DNA of 64,000 nt, taken from IMG/VR virus record IMGVR_UViG_3300042542_005523. One strand, 5' to 3'. Position 1 is the first letter of the stretch. Each line of letters opens with the position of its first letter. The notes under the pieces are model-generated. The model was not told the origin of the DNA. It saw only the letters and a list, made by a program, of their open reading frames with translations, and did no database searches. The translations under genes and the position numbers were made by a program. Shown here one piece after another: positions 44,407 to 53,499 of the stretch. This stretch comes from a virus. Taxonomy: Duplodnaviria; Caudoviricetes.

Positions 44407-45546
44407 ATGAGTAGATTTGCAAAATTTTCAGAATTTAAAAACATCAAGCCTCTATTAGAAAAAGCTAACAGTGAGGATATGATAGAAGTTAATTACATCA
44501 TTTCCGAGCTAGATAACGATTCTATCATAGAAGAGGGGTTTTTAGATGATCTTAAAACTGGGGCATCTAAAATTCTATTCGGATCATTCTCCAAAGCGGG
44601 TATGATCGATGACCTTAGAAAAAAATTGTTGGATCTTGAGATAAAATTCTACGATACAAAATTTGAATTATCAGATGAAATCGATAATCTAGAAGACGAG
44701 CTTGCTAAAGCATCTAAAGAAAAGAATGATTCAATGTCTTCTGCATTAAAGAAGCAGCTCGATGCTAAGAATCAGGAAAAAACAGCTTTAGTGGGATCTC
44801 ATAAAGCCAATGTTAAAAGAGTTTATGATCTATTGGATAAATTGATTACAAAAAGTTCAAGATTGAGAGAATACTGGGAAACAACAAGAGCAGAGGACGA
44901 GTATAAATTAGAACAGGCTAAATACCAAGTTCTTAAGAATAGATCTGCTGACGCTGAAAGACTATCTAAGCAGAAATTAGAGATAGAGAAGGCAAAGAAA
45001 GATGCGGAAGAAGCTGCTGAAAAGTTCAAAGCGGAGCTAGCTAAGGGTTCTAAAAAGGATGATAAACCAAAGTCTTCCGGAATAGATTCAGAGAGGGAAG
45101 GTAAGATAATAAAATCTGGGAAGACAAAGAGCATAATACAGAGAAAAAAAGACATCGGGATAGAGATCGCGAATCTTAAGGCTGATTTAGAGGAAATCCT
45201 CGAGAAGGCTAGGAAAAAAATAATAAAAGGTCAAGCATCTGAAAACATTATTAAAAAGTTTCAGCGGGATGCTATTGAGATTGCTGTAATTCTAGACTCT
45301 AAAATTAGCCTACTTAATCTATATAAGGAGATGGGTAAGAACGAGGAAGAGATCAGAAGAAATGCATCGAAATCCTCAAAGATTAAAGACTTAACAGATA
45401 AAATAAACAAAGCTACATCATCACAAGGTGGAACGACAGGAGCAGCTCAGAAAACTGTACAAGATGCTTTTACAGGAACTCCAAGTTCTTCTAAAATAGA
45501 CAAGGCCACCAGCGATCTAGATTCGTTTTCTATCGTAGTATATTGA
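44407..45546 (+). CDS. Coiled-coil putative internal head protein, paralog A
   Basis: MSRFAKFSEFKNIKPLLEK, IIEEG; RLREYWE motif. Confidence 0.55.
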   Translation: MSRFAKFSEFKNIKPLLEKANSEDMIEVNYIISELDNDSIIEEGFLDDLKTGASKILFGSFSKAGMIDDLRKKLLDLEIKFYDTKFELSDEIDNLEDELAKASKEKNDSMSSALKKQLDAKNQEKTALVGSHKANVKRVYDLLDKLITKSSRLREYWETTRAEDEYKLEQAKYQVLKNRSADAERLSKQKLEIEKAKKDAEEAAEKFKAELAKGSKKDDKPKSSGIDSEREGKIIKSGKTKSIIQRKKDIGIEIANLKADLEEILEKARKKIIKGQASENIIKKFQRDAIEIAVILDSKISLLNLYKEMGKNEEEIRRNASKSSKIKDLTDKINKATSSQGGTTGAAQKTVQDAFTGTPSSSKIDKATSDLDSFSIVVY

Positions 45547-45558
45547 CAACTAAAGAGT

Positions 45559-46428
45559 ATGATTTTAAAATTTGAACAATGGAACCAATTGAACGAAGCA
45601 AGTGTATTGACTTCGATCAAAAATTGGCTAAGCGGTAACTTCGGCGGTGCCGTTGAAAAACTAGATAGCCTTATCCTGGCAATTAAAAAAGCGGAAACCG
45701 GGTACATAGGGGAGTGGGAAGACGTAGTCTCTGAGATCGACCAACTTGAAATCAAACTCCAAGGAGATGTTGATGCTGCTCAGGAAAAGTCCACTTTAAG
45801 AATGATAGAGAGAAAGAAGCAAATTCTAAGTGCAATAAAGAAAAAGAAGGAGAAGGAATTAGAAAACATATTCAGAAAAGTAGAAGTCATCAAGAAGGGA
45901 AACAAGAGGCTTTCAGATTACTGGGAAAAAGAGAAAGCACAGGCAGATGCAGACATAGCTAAAAGAATGTATGATATAGCTAAATCATTGGGTGACGATG
46001 AGATGGCTTCTGATCTCTATGACAAATATAAGAAATTTCTAGATAAATCAACAAGATTGGAAAGTGTTCTTTCTAAAAAATACAAAGGTAAACTTGGTAA
46101 GCTTTCTGATAAGGAAGAGGAGTTAGAAAAGAGCGAGAGCTCACTTTCTAAGCTTTCTAAAAAACCACTAGGTGAATTTTCAGATAGCGTTAAGGACTTA
46201 GATCCAAAGGAAGCTAGAGAGCTAATGAAAATATGCACGGAAGAAAGAAACAGACTTTATGTTGATATGGATCTTGAGGTCTCTAGAATAGAAGAGGAAA
46301 TAAAAAAGAAAAAGGATAGAGACTTTGAGATTGAAGCGGAAAGAAATATAAAAAAGATCAAAGAAAAATATCTTGAAAAAATCAGGGAGTTTAGATCTAA
46401 AATAACTTTAGCTAAAAGGTACTCTTAA
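45559..46428 (+). CDS. Coiled-coil putative internal head protein, paralog B
   Basis: MILKFEQWNQLNEA; RLSDYWE motif. Confidence 0.55.
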   Translation: MILKFEQWNQLNEASVLTSIKNWLSGNFGGAVEKLDSLILAIKKAETGYIGEWEDVVSEIDQLEIKLQGDVDAAQEKSTLRMIERKKQILSAIKKKKEKELENIFRKVEVIKKGNKRLSDYWEKEKAQADADIAKRMYDIAKSLGDDEMASDLYDKYKKFLDKSTRLESVLSKKYKGKLGKLSDKEEELEKSESSLSKLSKKPLGEFSDSVKDLDPKEARELMKICTEERNRLYVDMDLEVSRIEEEIKKKKDRDFEIEAERNIKKIKEKYLEKIREFRSKITLAKRYS

Positions 46429-46441
46429 AAAATTAATCCAG

Positions 46442-48877
46442 ATGAAAGAATATTACAAATATAATCCTATAGCCAGACAGATCTTTGAAGCTGAAGCGAA
46501 TAAGGCGGGTGACGGAAAAAAGACTGTCTTGGATTTCGTAACAAGGGTTGTTGCTAATACTATGGATGTATTTAAGTCCATTGTCTTTGATATTGCTTCT
46601 TCAAATGATAGAAATCCTGATGTTCTAAGAAATAAGCTTTATGATATTTCTAAATCAGGATCACTCTCTGAGCTCGTTTCAAAACTAAAGGATTACTCGG
46701 AGGACGCGAATCTTTCCAGCAGGTTGCTATCAGACACGAAGGCAATGTATAGGGAATCGCTCGATAAATTTTGCGATGTGTTACACAGAATAGATGAGAT
46801 ATCCGCAGATAAAGGTAGGGATGCCCTACAGGAATTTAAGAGCTATTGCTCTTCTATACAAAGATCCGTTGATGTCTTGGCTAATGTTAAATTAAAGAAG
46901 ATAGAGGAAACTAAGAAACTTCTTAATGAGAGCATTTTTATGGGTTATGGTGAAAGAATAGAGAATCTTAAAAAGATACTTTACAACCTTATTTCTAGTT
47001 GCGACGGCAAAAATCAAAAAATGGGATATGGTAAAGATTGGAGAAGAGTATTCATAGATCTGGATCAAAAGTTGGACGTCCTTGAAGCTACCAGAAACGG
47101 TATAAGCGAAAGAGACAGAAAACACCTGGAGGATTTGGAGAAGCAGATTGAGAAGTATATGAACGAGTATTATTCTGCTGTTATACAATCCACTAATAGA
47201 AGTATGTCTGAAATAGATCAGGAGCCAGAATTAGCTAAATATTATTCTGATGCAACGGAGATATGTTCGGATGCTCTAGATATTCTAACCCGTGCTAAAA
47301 CTCAGTATTTGGAGACCATGAAATCTTTAAGAGAAGAGATAGCTGAAAACGAAGCAGAGGTGGTTAAGTTTGTTTTTCCTATCAAGCTCGGCGATTCTGA
47401 TGAAAACAAAAGATTTGCTGGTACAGGACTTATAGCTCATATACAGGATGCTTTAGCAGATGGCATACCTAGTTCTTCTTCTGCTCTTAAAAGCAGTGGA
47501 GAAAAGGGTACATTTGGACAGAAGACAGAGTCTGTTATTAAAGCCATCCAGAAAAATATGGGCAATAAGAACATAGACGGTAAAATGGATAAAGCTTTAC
47601 TAGATTCAATACTTGTATCAGATTTTATATCTAAAAAACACAAGGATCAAATAATAAATGATCTCAGAGCTCTAAAGAAACCTCTAAAGGAATCTATTCT
47701 TTCTTTTGTTTACGGTGATCCAATTTTCGAAGAAAAAATAGTGATAGACAAGGAAAGCTTTTCCAAGGATCTAGAATCTTATCTAACTGACGACAAGGGA
47801 AAAAATAATTCCCAAAAAATGTCACAGAAAGAAAAGGATGCTTTTGACACTGATGATCTTGCTAAGAAATTGAGAAAGCACTATGACCTTAAGGTTGAAT
47901 CTGACGATTTTAAAAGAGAGGACGGTAATTTTAGATCCTCTTATTCTGGACCTTTTATAGAAGCTTGGAATCAAGCTGTAACTGAGGTTGGTGAAAATAC
48001 AGATTATCAATATTTCTTCTGGGAGGGTGGAGCATATGCTATAGATTCTGACAAAACGAGTCTTAAGACACCGTCAAATTGGAAATCGTGGGCTGAAGCT
48101 AGACAACTTAGAATGATGTCAGATGATGACTGTATGGATTTTGTTTCAAGTTATCTGGAAAACTGGGGCACGTTTGGAATGACGAGACCTAACTTTAGAT
48201 CTGCGTCAATCAAGAGCTTGTATAAGAAAAATGCAGATCTTGATCTTGATTTTCCTGGCGTTTATGAGATGGTTTCTCAGATCCTTAAAAACTCTGAAAT
48301 ACCGTACATACCATTCGATCTTTTAACTAAGAAGATTGGCAAAGCAGTAAAAGAAATGTCCCAAATTGGCGAAAGCAATCCCGATCTCGGAGCCTCTGAT
48401 ATTGTTGTCCTTAATAATCTTCTCTGCATGATTGCTAACACGGTTACATTCGATGGTGATAGATTCATAAGCTCTATTAAGTGGATTTATGAAAACGTTT
48501 TGACCCCAAATGTATCTAAAAGAATAGCAGGTGATAGCATATTATCTAACAAATCTGAATCAGAAAAGAACGGATTTATGTTAGAATATGAAGGATCCAC
48601 TATGAAAGTTAAGTCAACATCAGAGATAATCAACAAGGACGAGACAATAGATCAGTACAAGGATATAGATGATGGATTAGAGGGATGGGGAAGCCTTTCT
48701 AAAATGTCTAAGAGTAGTTCATCTCCTATCAAGTGTGCTTTTGGTAATAGTGTATATTTTATAGCATCCAGAGTTTATCCAAGCATAAAGATACACGTGA
48801 AAAGAATGAATTCAACAGACTTTGCTCAAATGCCTCAGGAGGATAAGAGCAGATGTTATAATGTAAAGAATTCTTAA
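46442..48877 (+). CDS. Large putative internal protein with peptidoglycan-binding-like motif
   Basis: IFEAE, LLNES, LKES sites; IQDAL..GTFGQKTESVIKAIQKNMG..IDG resembles PG_binding_1. Confidence 0.5.
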   Translation: MKEYYKYNPIARQIFEAEANKAGDGKKTVLDFVTRVVANTMDVFKSIVFDIASSNDRNPDVLRNKLYDISKSGSLSELVSKLKDYSEDANLSSRLLSDTKAMYRESLDKFCDVLHRIDEISADKGRDALQEFKSYCSSIQRSVDVLANVKLKKIEETKKLLNESIFMGYGERIENLKKILYNLISSCDGKNQKMGYGKDWRRVFIDLDQKLDVLEATRNGISERDRKHLEDLEKQIEKYMNEYYSAVIQSTNRSMSEIDQEPELAKYYSDATEICSDALDILTRAKTQYLETMKSLREEIAENEAEVVKFVFPIKLGDSDENKRFAGTGLIAHIQDALADGIPSSSSALKSSGEKGTFGQKTESVIKAIQKNMGNKNIDGKMDKALLDSILVSDFISKKHKDQIINDLRALKKPLKESILSFVYGDPIFEEKIVIDKESFSKDLESYLTDDKGKNNSQKMSQKEKDAFDTDDLAKKLRKHYDLKVESDDFKREDGNFRSSYSGPFIEAWNQAVTEVGENTDYQYFFWEGGAYAIDSDKTSLKTPSNWKSWAEARQLRMMSDDDCMDFVSSYLENWGTFGMTRPNFRSASIKSLYKKNADLDLDFPGVYEMVSQILKNSEIPYIPFDLLTKKIGKAVKEMSQIGESNPDLGASDIVVLNNLLCMIANTVTFDGDRFISSIKWIYENVLTPNVSKRIAGDSILSNKSESEKNGFMLEYEGSTMKVKSTSEIINKDETIDQYKDIDDGLEGWGSLSKMSKSSSSPIKCAFGNSVYFIASRVYPSIKIHVKRMNSTDFAQMPQEDKSRCYNVKNS

Positions 48878-48892
48878 TTTCAATTATTTTAC

Positions 48893-48921
48893 GAAAACAA
48901 AACTCATTTTGATGATATAAT
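48893..48921 (+). promoter_or_regulatory. Middle-type promoter GAAAAC-N17-TATAAT
   Basis: Immediately upstream of kinase ATG. Confidence 0.5.
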
Positions 48922-48925
48922 CTTC

Positions 48926-49501
48926 ATGATTATCATATTTGAGGGTTGCAGAAATTCCGGTAAAACATTTCTCAGTAAACAGATATCTGAGGATTTGTAC
49001 ATACCTAGATTCCAATTTGATTTTGTTGAATACTTTAACGGGCTTAATCTAGAAAGCAAAGAAAGCGAATCCGCTCACTCTTTTTCTATGGGCAAGGATT
49101 TAATGTTAATGCAATTAAATCGGGATGGCTTCATACAGGATGATGTTATCATAGATCGTGGATTTCTCACAGTTCTTTCTTGGGGATTGCTAGAGAAAAG
49201 AATAGATCTACCTACTTCAAGGAAGCATCTTGGTCTTTTAAACTCTAATGGCTTAACGAAGGATATTCACATCATTTACATAGAGGGTGATAACCCCGAC
49301 CAATCGGATAGAAATAAGGATATGTGGGATGACGTAGAGAAAACAAACAGTGAGAAGTTTGCTTATGAATTTATACTCCATCAGATATCTTCTGAACACA
49401 CTGACATAAAAGTAACAAGATTCAGAAACGAATTTAATGAACAATCAATACACGATTTAGCAAAAATTATAAAGAATGTGCGGAATAATACTAGCAACTG
49501 A
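48926..49501 (+). CDS. P-loop nucleoside monophosphate kinase (dTMP kinase-like)
   Basis: IIFEGCRNSGKT and IIDRG motifs. Confidence 0.75.
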   Translation: MIIIFEGCRNSGKTFLSKQISEDLYIPRFQFDFVEYFNGLNLESKESESAHSFSMGKDLMLMQLNRDGFIQDDVIIDRGFLTVLSWGLLEKRIDLPTSRKHLGLLNSNGLTKDIHIIYIEGDNPDQSDRNKDMWDDVEKTNSEKFAYEFILHQISSEHTDIKVTRFRNEFNEQSIHDLAKIIKNVRNNTSN

Positions 49502-50885
49502 ATTTAACTCGACTGAGGAAATATTAAATTCAATCTCTCATAGAGGAATTGAAAGAACCGATAAAAAATTAGAAGGTGTTACACTATGTCATCATAGATT
49601 GCCTATCCAAACAGTGGAAGGTGATAATTGGTACCAACCAAAACAAATATCAGATGGTATCTATATGCTTTTTAATGGTGAGATTTTCAACTACGATACT
49701 AATGCATATTCCTCCGATATAGAGTATCTTTGTAATCTTTTTAGCTCTTATAATTTCGGAGGTGTTGAAATGTTTTCAGCTCTCTTTCTTCCACATATGC
49801 AAACCTGGGATGGTTTTTGGGCTATTGTCATATATGATTCAAAAACAGGAGATGTTATTTGCTTTACTGACCCGTTGGGTAAAAAATGTCTATATGTTAA
49901 TAAAGAAGGTGAGATATCCTCGGAGATAAAAGGTGTGCATCGTCAGGGATATTCCATAGACGATACTTATATTTCTAGCGTTAGAAAGTGGGGTTATAAC
50001 ACTGACAATAGAACTCCTTATAAGGAAATAAAAAGAATACTTCCTAATAACATCTACTCTTTTAACATAGTATCTCCTATGTTCCAACAGGTTTATCAAA
50101 AATACTGGGAGGGATTTGACTCCCCTATTTATGAGCTTCGAGGTAAACCATACGAGGAACACATGGAATGGCTATGGGATAAGATGGTAGAAAGTGTTAA
50201 GAATAGATTACTTAGCAAGAATTACCCAATATCCGCATTAATATCAGGTGGACTCGATTCATCTATTATTGCAGCATTAATGAAATCGGAGTCTATTGAT
50301 AGAATAAACTGGTTCACTATAGAGAATGGCGAAACTGAATATGTCGACCTTCTAGCTAAACACCTTGATATCAAGGTCAATAAGCTAACATACGATATGG
50401 ACGAATCCTTAAACAAGGAGATCTATAAAATATGGAACGAAGGACCAGTCGATCTTGGTTCTGTTATACCACAGTATCATTTATTTAAAGCTGTCAAAGA
50501 ACAGACTGGATATAGAATAGTTATAAGCGGTGATGGCTCTGATGAATTATTTGGTGGATATTCAAGGATACATGAATTTGATTCACAAAAGTCAGATGTT
50601 TTCGAAGAACTTTCTTACTATCACCTGCCACGATTGGACAAGATGAGCATGGCCCATACACTGGAGCTAAGAACCCCATTTTTAAATCTTGACATAGTGC
50701 GATTTGCACTACATTTACCTCTTGAGTGGAGAAAAGATAAGAAGATACTAAAAGATACTTTTTCTCCTATCCTGCCACCCGAGATAGTGGGAAGAAAGAA
50801 AATACCCCTGAAGAACCCACAGATCAAGGAAGATAAAATAGCATATAGACAGAAGGCAATAGATCTTTTTCTTTCTGAAATGTAA
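49476..50885 (+). CDS. asnB: Asparagine synthetase B-like amidotransferase
   Basis: N-terminal MCGI, HRG, FNGEIFNY; SGGLDSS, SGDGSDELFGGY, RLDKMSMAHTLELRTPFL. Confidence 0.88.
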   Translation: MCGIILATEFNSTEEILNSISHRGIERTDKKLEGVTLCHHRLPIQTVEGDNWYQPKQISDGIYMLFNGEIFNYDTNAYSSDIEYLCNLFSSYNFGGVEMFSALFLPHMQTWDGFWAIVIYDSKTGDVICFTDPLGKKCLYVNKEGEISSEIKGVHRQGYSIDDTYISSVRKWGYNTDNRTPYKEIKRILPNNIYSFNIVSPMFQQVYQKYWEGFDSPIYELRGKPYEEHMEWLWDKMVESVKNRLLSKNYPISALISGGLDSSIIAALMKSESIDRINWFTIENGETEYVDLLAKHLDIKVNKLTYDMDESLNKEIYKIWNEGPVDLGSVIPQYHLFKAVKEQTGYRIVISGDGSDELFGGYSRIHEFDSQKSDVFEELSYYHLPRLDKMSMAHTLELRTPFLNLDIVRFALHLPLEWRKDKKILKDTFSPILPPEIVGRKKIPLKNPQIKEDKIAYRQKAIDLFLSEM

Positions 50886-50894
50886 AGGAGCAGT

Positions 50895-50903
50895 GATATA
50901 TAG
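50895..50903 (+). promoter_or_regulatory. Late-type promoter GATATATAG
   Basis: Exact motif flanked by AGT/ACT. Confidence 0.75.
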
Positions 50904-50922
50904 ACTAAAATAACGTATTTTT

Positions 50923-51627
50923 ATGTCTAATCACATTAAATCTTTCGAATCTTTCTCTAGTGGTAAATCACAGAAAGACAGCTTATTGGAATTTGACGCT
51001 GGTAGTTTGCTAACCGGTGCAGTTAATTTCTTTGGTCCTGGATTAGGATCCGCAGTTGAGCAAAAACTTGTAGAGTTTCTCCTAAATAAACTTGGTATAA
51101 AGCCAGATACTGCTGCTTCTATGTTAATACAGGAAGTAGTCGAGGCAATACCAATGGAGGATTATCCTGCTCTATTAACTGGTGAAAAGTTGAATATGAC
51201 TTATCTTAATCCTTATCTTGCCGAAGCGATAGTTGATTCAGTAAAAAGAACGGGTTTGGATACGATCTTTAATCCCTTAGCTGAAAAATTTGGCCTTGAA
51301 CCCGGAGGACTTTTAACTAGAACGATTGTTGAATCTTTCGAGGCACTCGGTGAGGATGAGCTTAGAAAAAAGATAATAGGTATTCTTAATTTCATAGCTG
51401 GTATAGAATTTAGTGCAGGTGAATATGCATCAACTCTTGATGCTGAAACTCAAGAGAAGCTATCTAAAGGAATCGGTAAAGCTTTATCCATGCAGAGTCC
51501 TTTGGCAATTAAGAGAGCTAAAGATCTTCAAGCAAAGGCTAAAGCCGAAACTGGTGGTGAATCAAATTGGTTTTCTACATTAGTTGGTTCTTTATCAAGA
51601 CCAGGCAAAATGACCGACACGTTCTAA
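50923..51627 (+). CDS. Putative internal head protein
   Basis: MSNHIKSFESF..LLEF N-terminus; helical, amphipathic. Confidence 0.55.
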   Translation: MSNHIKSFESFSSGKSQKDSLLEFDAGSLLTGAVNFFGPGLGSAVEQKLVEFLLNKLGIKPDTAASMLIQEVVEAIPMEDYPALLTGEKLNMTYLNPYLAEAIVDSVKRTGLDTIFNPLAEKFGLEPGGLLTRTIVESFEALGEDELRKKIIGILNFIAGIEFSAGEYASTLDAETQEKLSKGIGKALSMQSPLAIKRAKDLQAKAKAETGGESNWFSTLVGSLSRPGKMTDTF

Positions 51628-51642
51628 AATATAAGAAAGAAA

Positions 51643-52206
51643 ATGAATTTAAACGATGTATCAAAAAGGGACATTCTCGATTTCGACAAGTTCCTTAAAA
51701 AAGTTCACGATAATAACTATAAACCTCTAGCTCCTGAGAATCAGGAGGGAGATCCAGGTCTTTCCGGACTAAGCCCTATTAAAAGAGAACCTGCTTATGA
51801 TTATGCTGGGTATGCAGATTCAGTTTTCGGTAAGGAGTCTAAGATAGGATATCCTGGTATTTCTTTCAGAGACCCTCAAAGCGGTAAGACTGCACCTTTC
51901 ATACAAGCAGGATCTATGGAAATGCTAGGTCAAGGTGGTGGAGCTCAGAGTGAAGTTTCTGAATCTACTGGGTCTTTTACTCTTGCTAGATTAAAAGATT
52001 TGTCCGGTATAAACGAGGGGCTTTCAACACCAGAGGGAGACCTAAAGGGAATAATTAACGATCTCTTAGATAGAGAATTTAGAGGCATTGACCCAGTAAA
52101 AGCTGCCGAGGTTTTCGAATTTTTCGCCAAAGCTATGAGAGGTAATGAATATAGAATGAAAAATAATATAGGTCCGGTTAGAGCAGATTTTACTAAAAGA
52201 AAATAA
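51643..52206 (+). CDS. Hypothetical late protein
   Basis: ILDFDKFLKK N-terminal motif, INEG site. Confidence 0.55.
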   Translation: MNLNDVSKRDILDFDKFLKKVHDNNYKPLAPENQEGDPGLSGLSPIKREPAYDYAGYADSVFGKESKIGYPGISFRDPQSGKTAPFIQAGSMEMLGQGGGAQSEVSESTGSFTLARLKDLSGINEGLSTPEGDLKGIINDLLDREFRGIDPVKAAEVFEFFAKAMRGNEYRMKNNIGPVRADFTKRK

Positions 52207-52221
52207 AAGATATAAAACTTT

Positions 52222-52252
52222 AAAAGGCCTCGAGTTTCTCGGGGCTTTTTTT
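52222..52252. terminator. Bidirectional terminator between convergent genes
   Basis: AAAAGGCCTCGAG-ttt-CTCGGGGCTTTTTTT, A run on the left and T run on the right. Confidence 0.8.
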
Positions 52253-52985
52253 ATTGCTTTCTTCTTTTAGATAGTGTCTCTATGAATTTATCTTTTGCCA
52301 ATTTCAGAATGTCTGATTTTTCTGAAAAGTTTTCATAGATCTCAACAACATAGAATGCTGGAGTGAAATTTTTATCAGCTCCCATTTCGGATAAGATCTC
52401 GTGATAGATGTGCTCGTACGATAGAGAGAATTTCTTATTGTTCAGAGATATTTTTTTCATTACTATGACATCTTTTTTACTTCCCTCCGTATTCATTATC
52501 GTTTCCTTCCAATAATACGGGATCAGTCTTTCTGTTATCATATTTCTTATTAGTAGAACACCTGATTCCGAAAGCCCTGAAATTCTATCGTATTTAGACT
52601 CTAGCTTGAATATCTTGATCTTTTCCTCTTCCTCTTTAATGATCTCTAAGCATATCTCTGAGAATTCATATAATATACCTAAAGACGATGAAATAACCTC
52701 GTCTATCTCTTTGAAAGTGTCGCTTTGTTTAGGCAGATCCACTATCTTATTGTATTCAGATAGGGATTCTTTAGATATACCGGCTAGTAAAAACCCTGGT
52801 ATTTTCCTACTTTCCTTGAATGAGCTCATTGCTTTAACGAGAGTAGATATCTCCTTTAAACTGCTCAGTACTGAGGGACCGTCTAGATTTTGACTTTTAT
52901 TTTTTAAAAAATCTAAAAGCACATAGCTTTTGTGCTCTACGTCAAGAGGACTTTCCAAAAACCATATTGGGTTCAACTTCTCCAT
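52251..52985 (-). CDS. Hypothetical protein (only minus-strand gene; track strand label wrong)
   Basis: CAT at 52983-52985 reverse-complements to ATG GAG AAG TTG (MEKL); TTA at 52251 is the stop after KRRKQ. Confidence 0.85.
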   Translation of the reverse strand: MEKLNPIWFLESPLDVEHKSYVLLDFLKNKSQNLDGPSVLSSLKEISTLVKAMSSFKESRKIPGFLLAGISKESLSEYNKIVDLPKQSDTFKEIDEVISSSLGILYEFSEICLEIIKEEEEKIKIFKLESKYDRISGLSESGVLLIRNMITERLIPYYWKETIMNTEGSKKDVIVMKKISLNNKKFSLSYEHIYHEILSEMGADKNFTPAFYVVEIYENFSEKSDILKLAKDKFIETLSKRRKQ

Positions 52986-52994
52986 GTCTTTTTT

Positions 52995-53023
52995 ATTATA
53001 CCTGTTATCTTATATATGGTTAC
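52995..53023 (-). promoter_or_regulatory. Candidate middle-type promoter GTAACC-N17-TATAAT on minus strand
   Basis: Forward ATTATA at 52995 and GGTTAC at 53018. Confidence 0.4.
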
Positions 53024-53039
53024 AAAAAAATCTCAAGAA

Positions 53040-53048
53040 GATATATAG
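53040..53048 (+). promoter_or_regulatory. Late-type promoter GATATATAG
   Basis: Upstream of ATG 53062. Confidence 0.7.
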
Positions 53049-53061
53049 AATTGATTAAATT

Positions 53062-53499
53062 ATGGGAAGAATACAAGACTATCAACATTTTGCAGCTGCC
53101 AAGACTGATAAACATGCTAGAGGTGAATACTCTTTTATACATACTCTTGGTGAAACTGACATATCGTTAGAAAATGTTCCAGTTGAACTAAAGGAACTAT
53201 CTGACGTGAAAGCCTCGGTGGAATATTCTATAGAGACTATAGCCACTAAGTCCGGAATAGAAGGAATATCTTTCAGAGTGGATATGATAGAATTAGTCTT
53301 TTCTGTTGACAAATACCCAAATGATGTCGAGGAGATTGATCTTGATATTGCTCCTGGACAAAATATAGAGCACGGAAGAATAAGACCCATTGAATTGGAT
53401 AGCATAATTCCAACTAACCCTTCTAGAATAGAAATCAATATGGGTAATAGTTTAAACGTTAGCAATTTCATAATCACGGTATTTTTTGGAAATGAATAA
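53062..53499 (+). CDS. Hypothetical late protein
   Basis: 145-aa ORF, MGRIQDYQHF N-terminus. Confidence 0.6.
   Translation: MGRIQDYQHFAAAKTDKHARGEYSFIHTLGETDISLENVPVELKELSDVKASVEYSIETIATKSGIEGISFRVDMIELVFSVDKYPNDVEEIDLDIAPGQNIEHGRIRPIELDSIIPTNPSRIEINMGNSLNVSNFIITVFFGNE

Noticed and set aside
52251-52985. ORF track lists this 244-aa ORF on the + strand
   Set aside because: The protein only reads from the reverse complement (CAT at 52983-85, TTA at 52251-53); reported as minus strand
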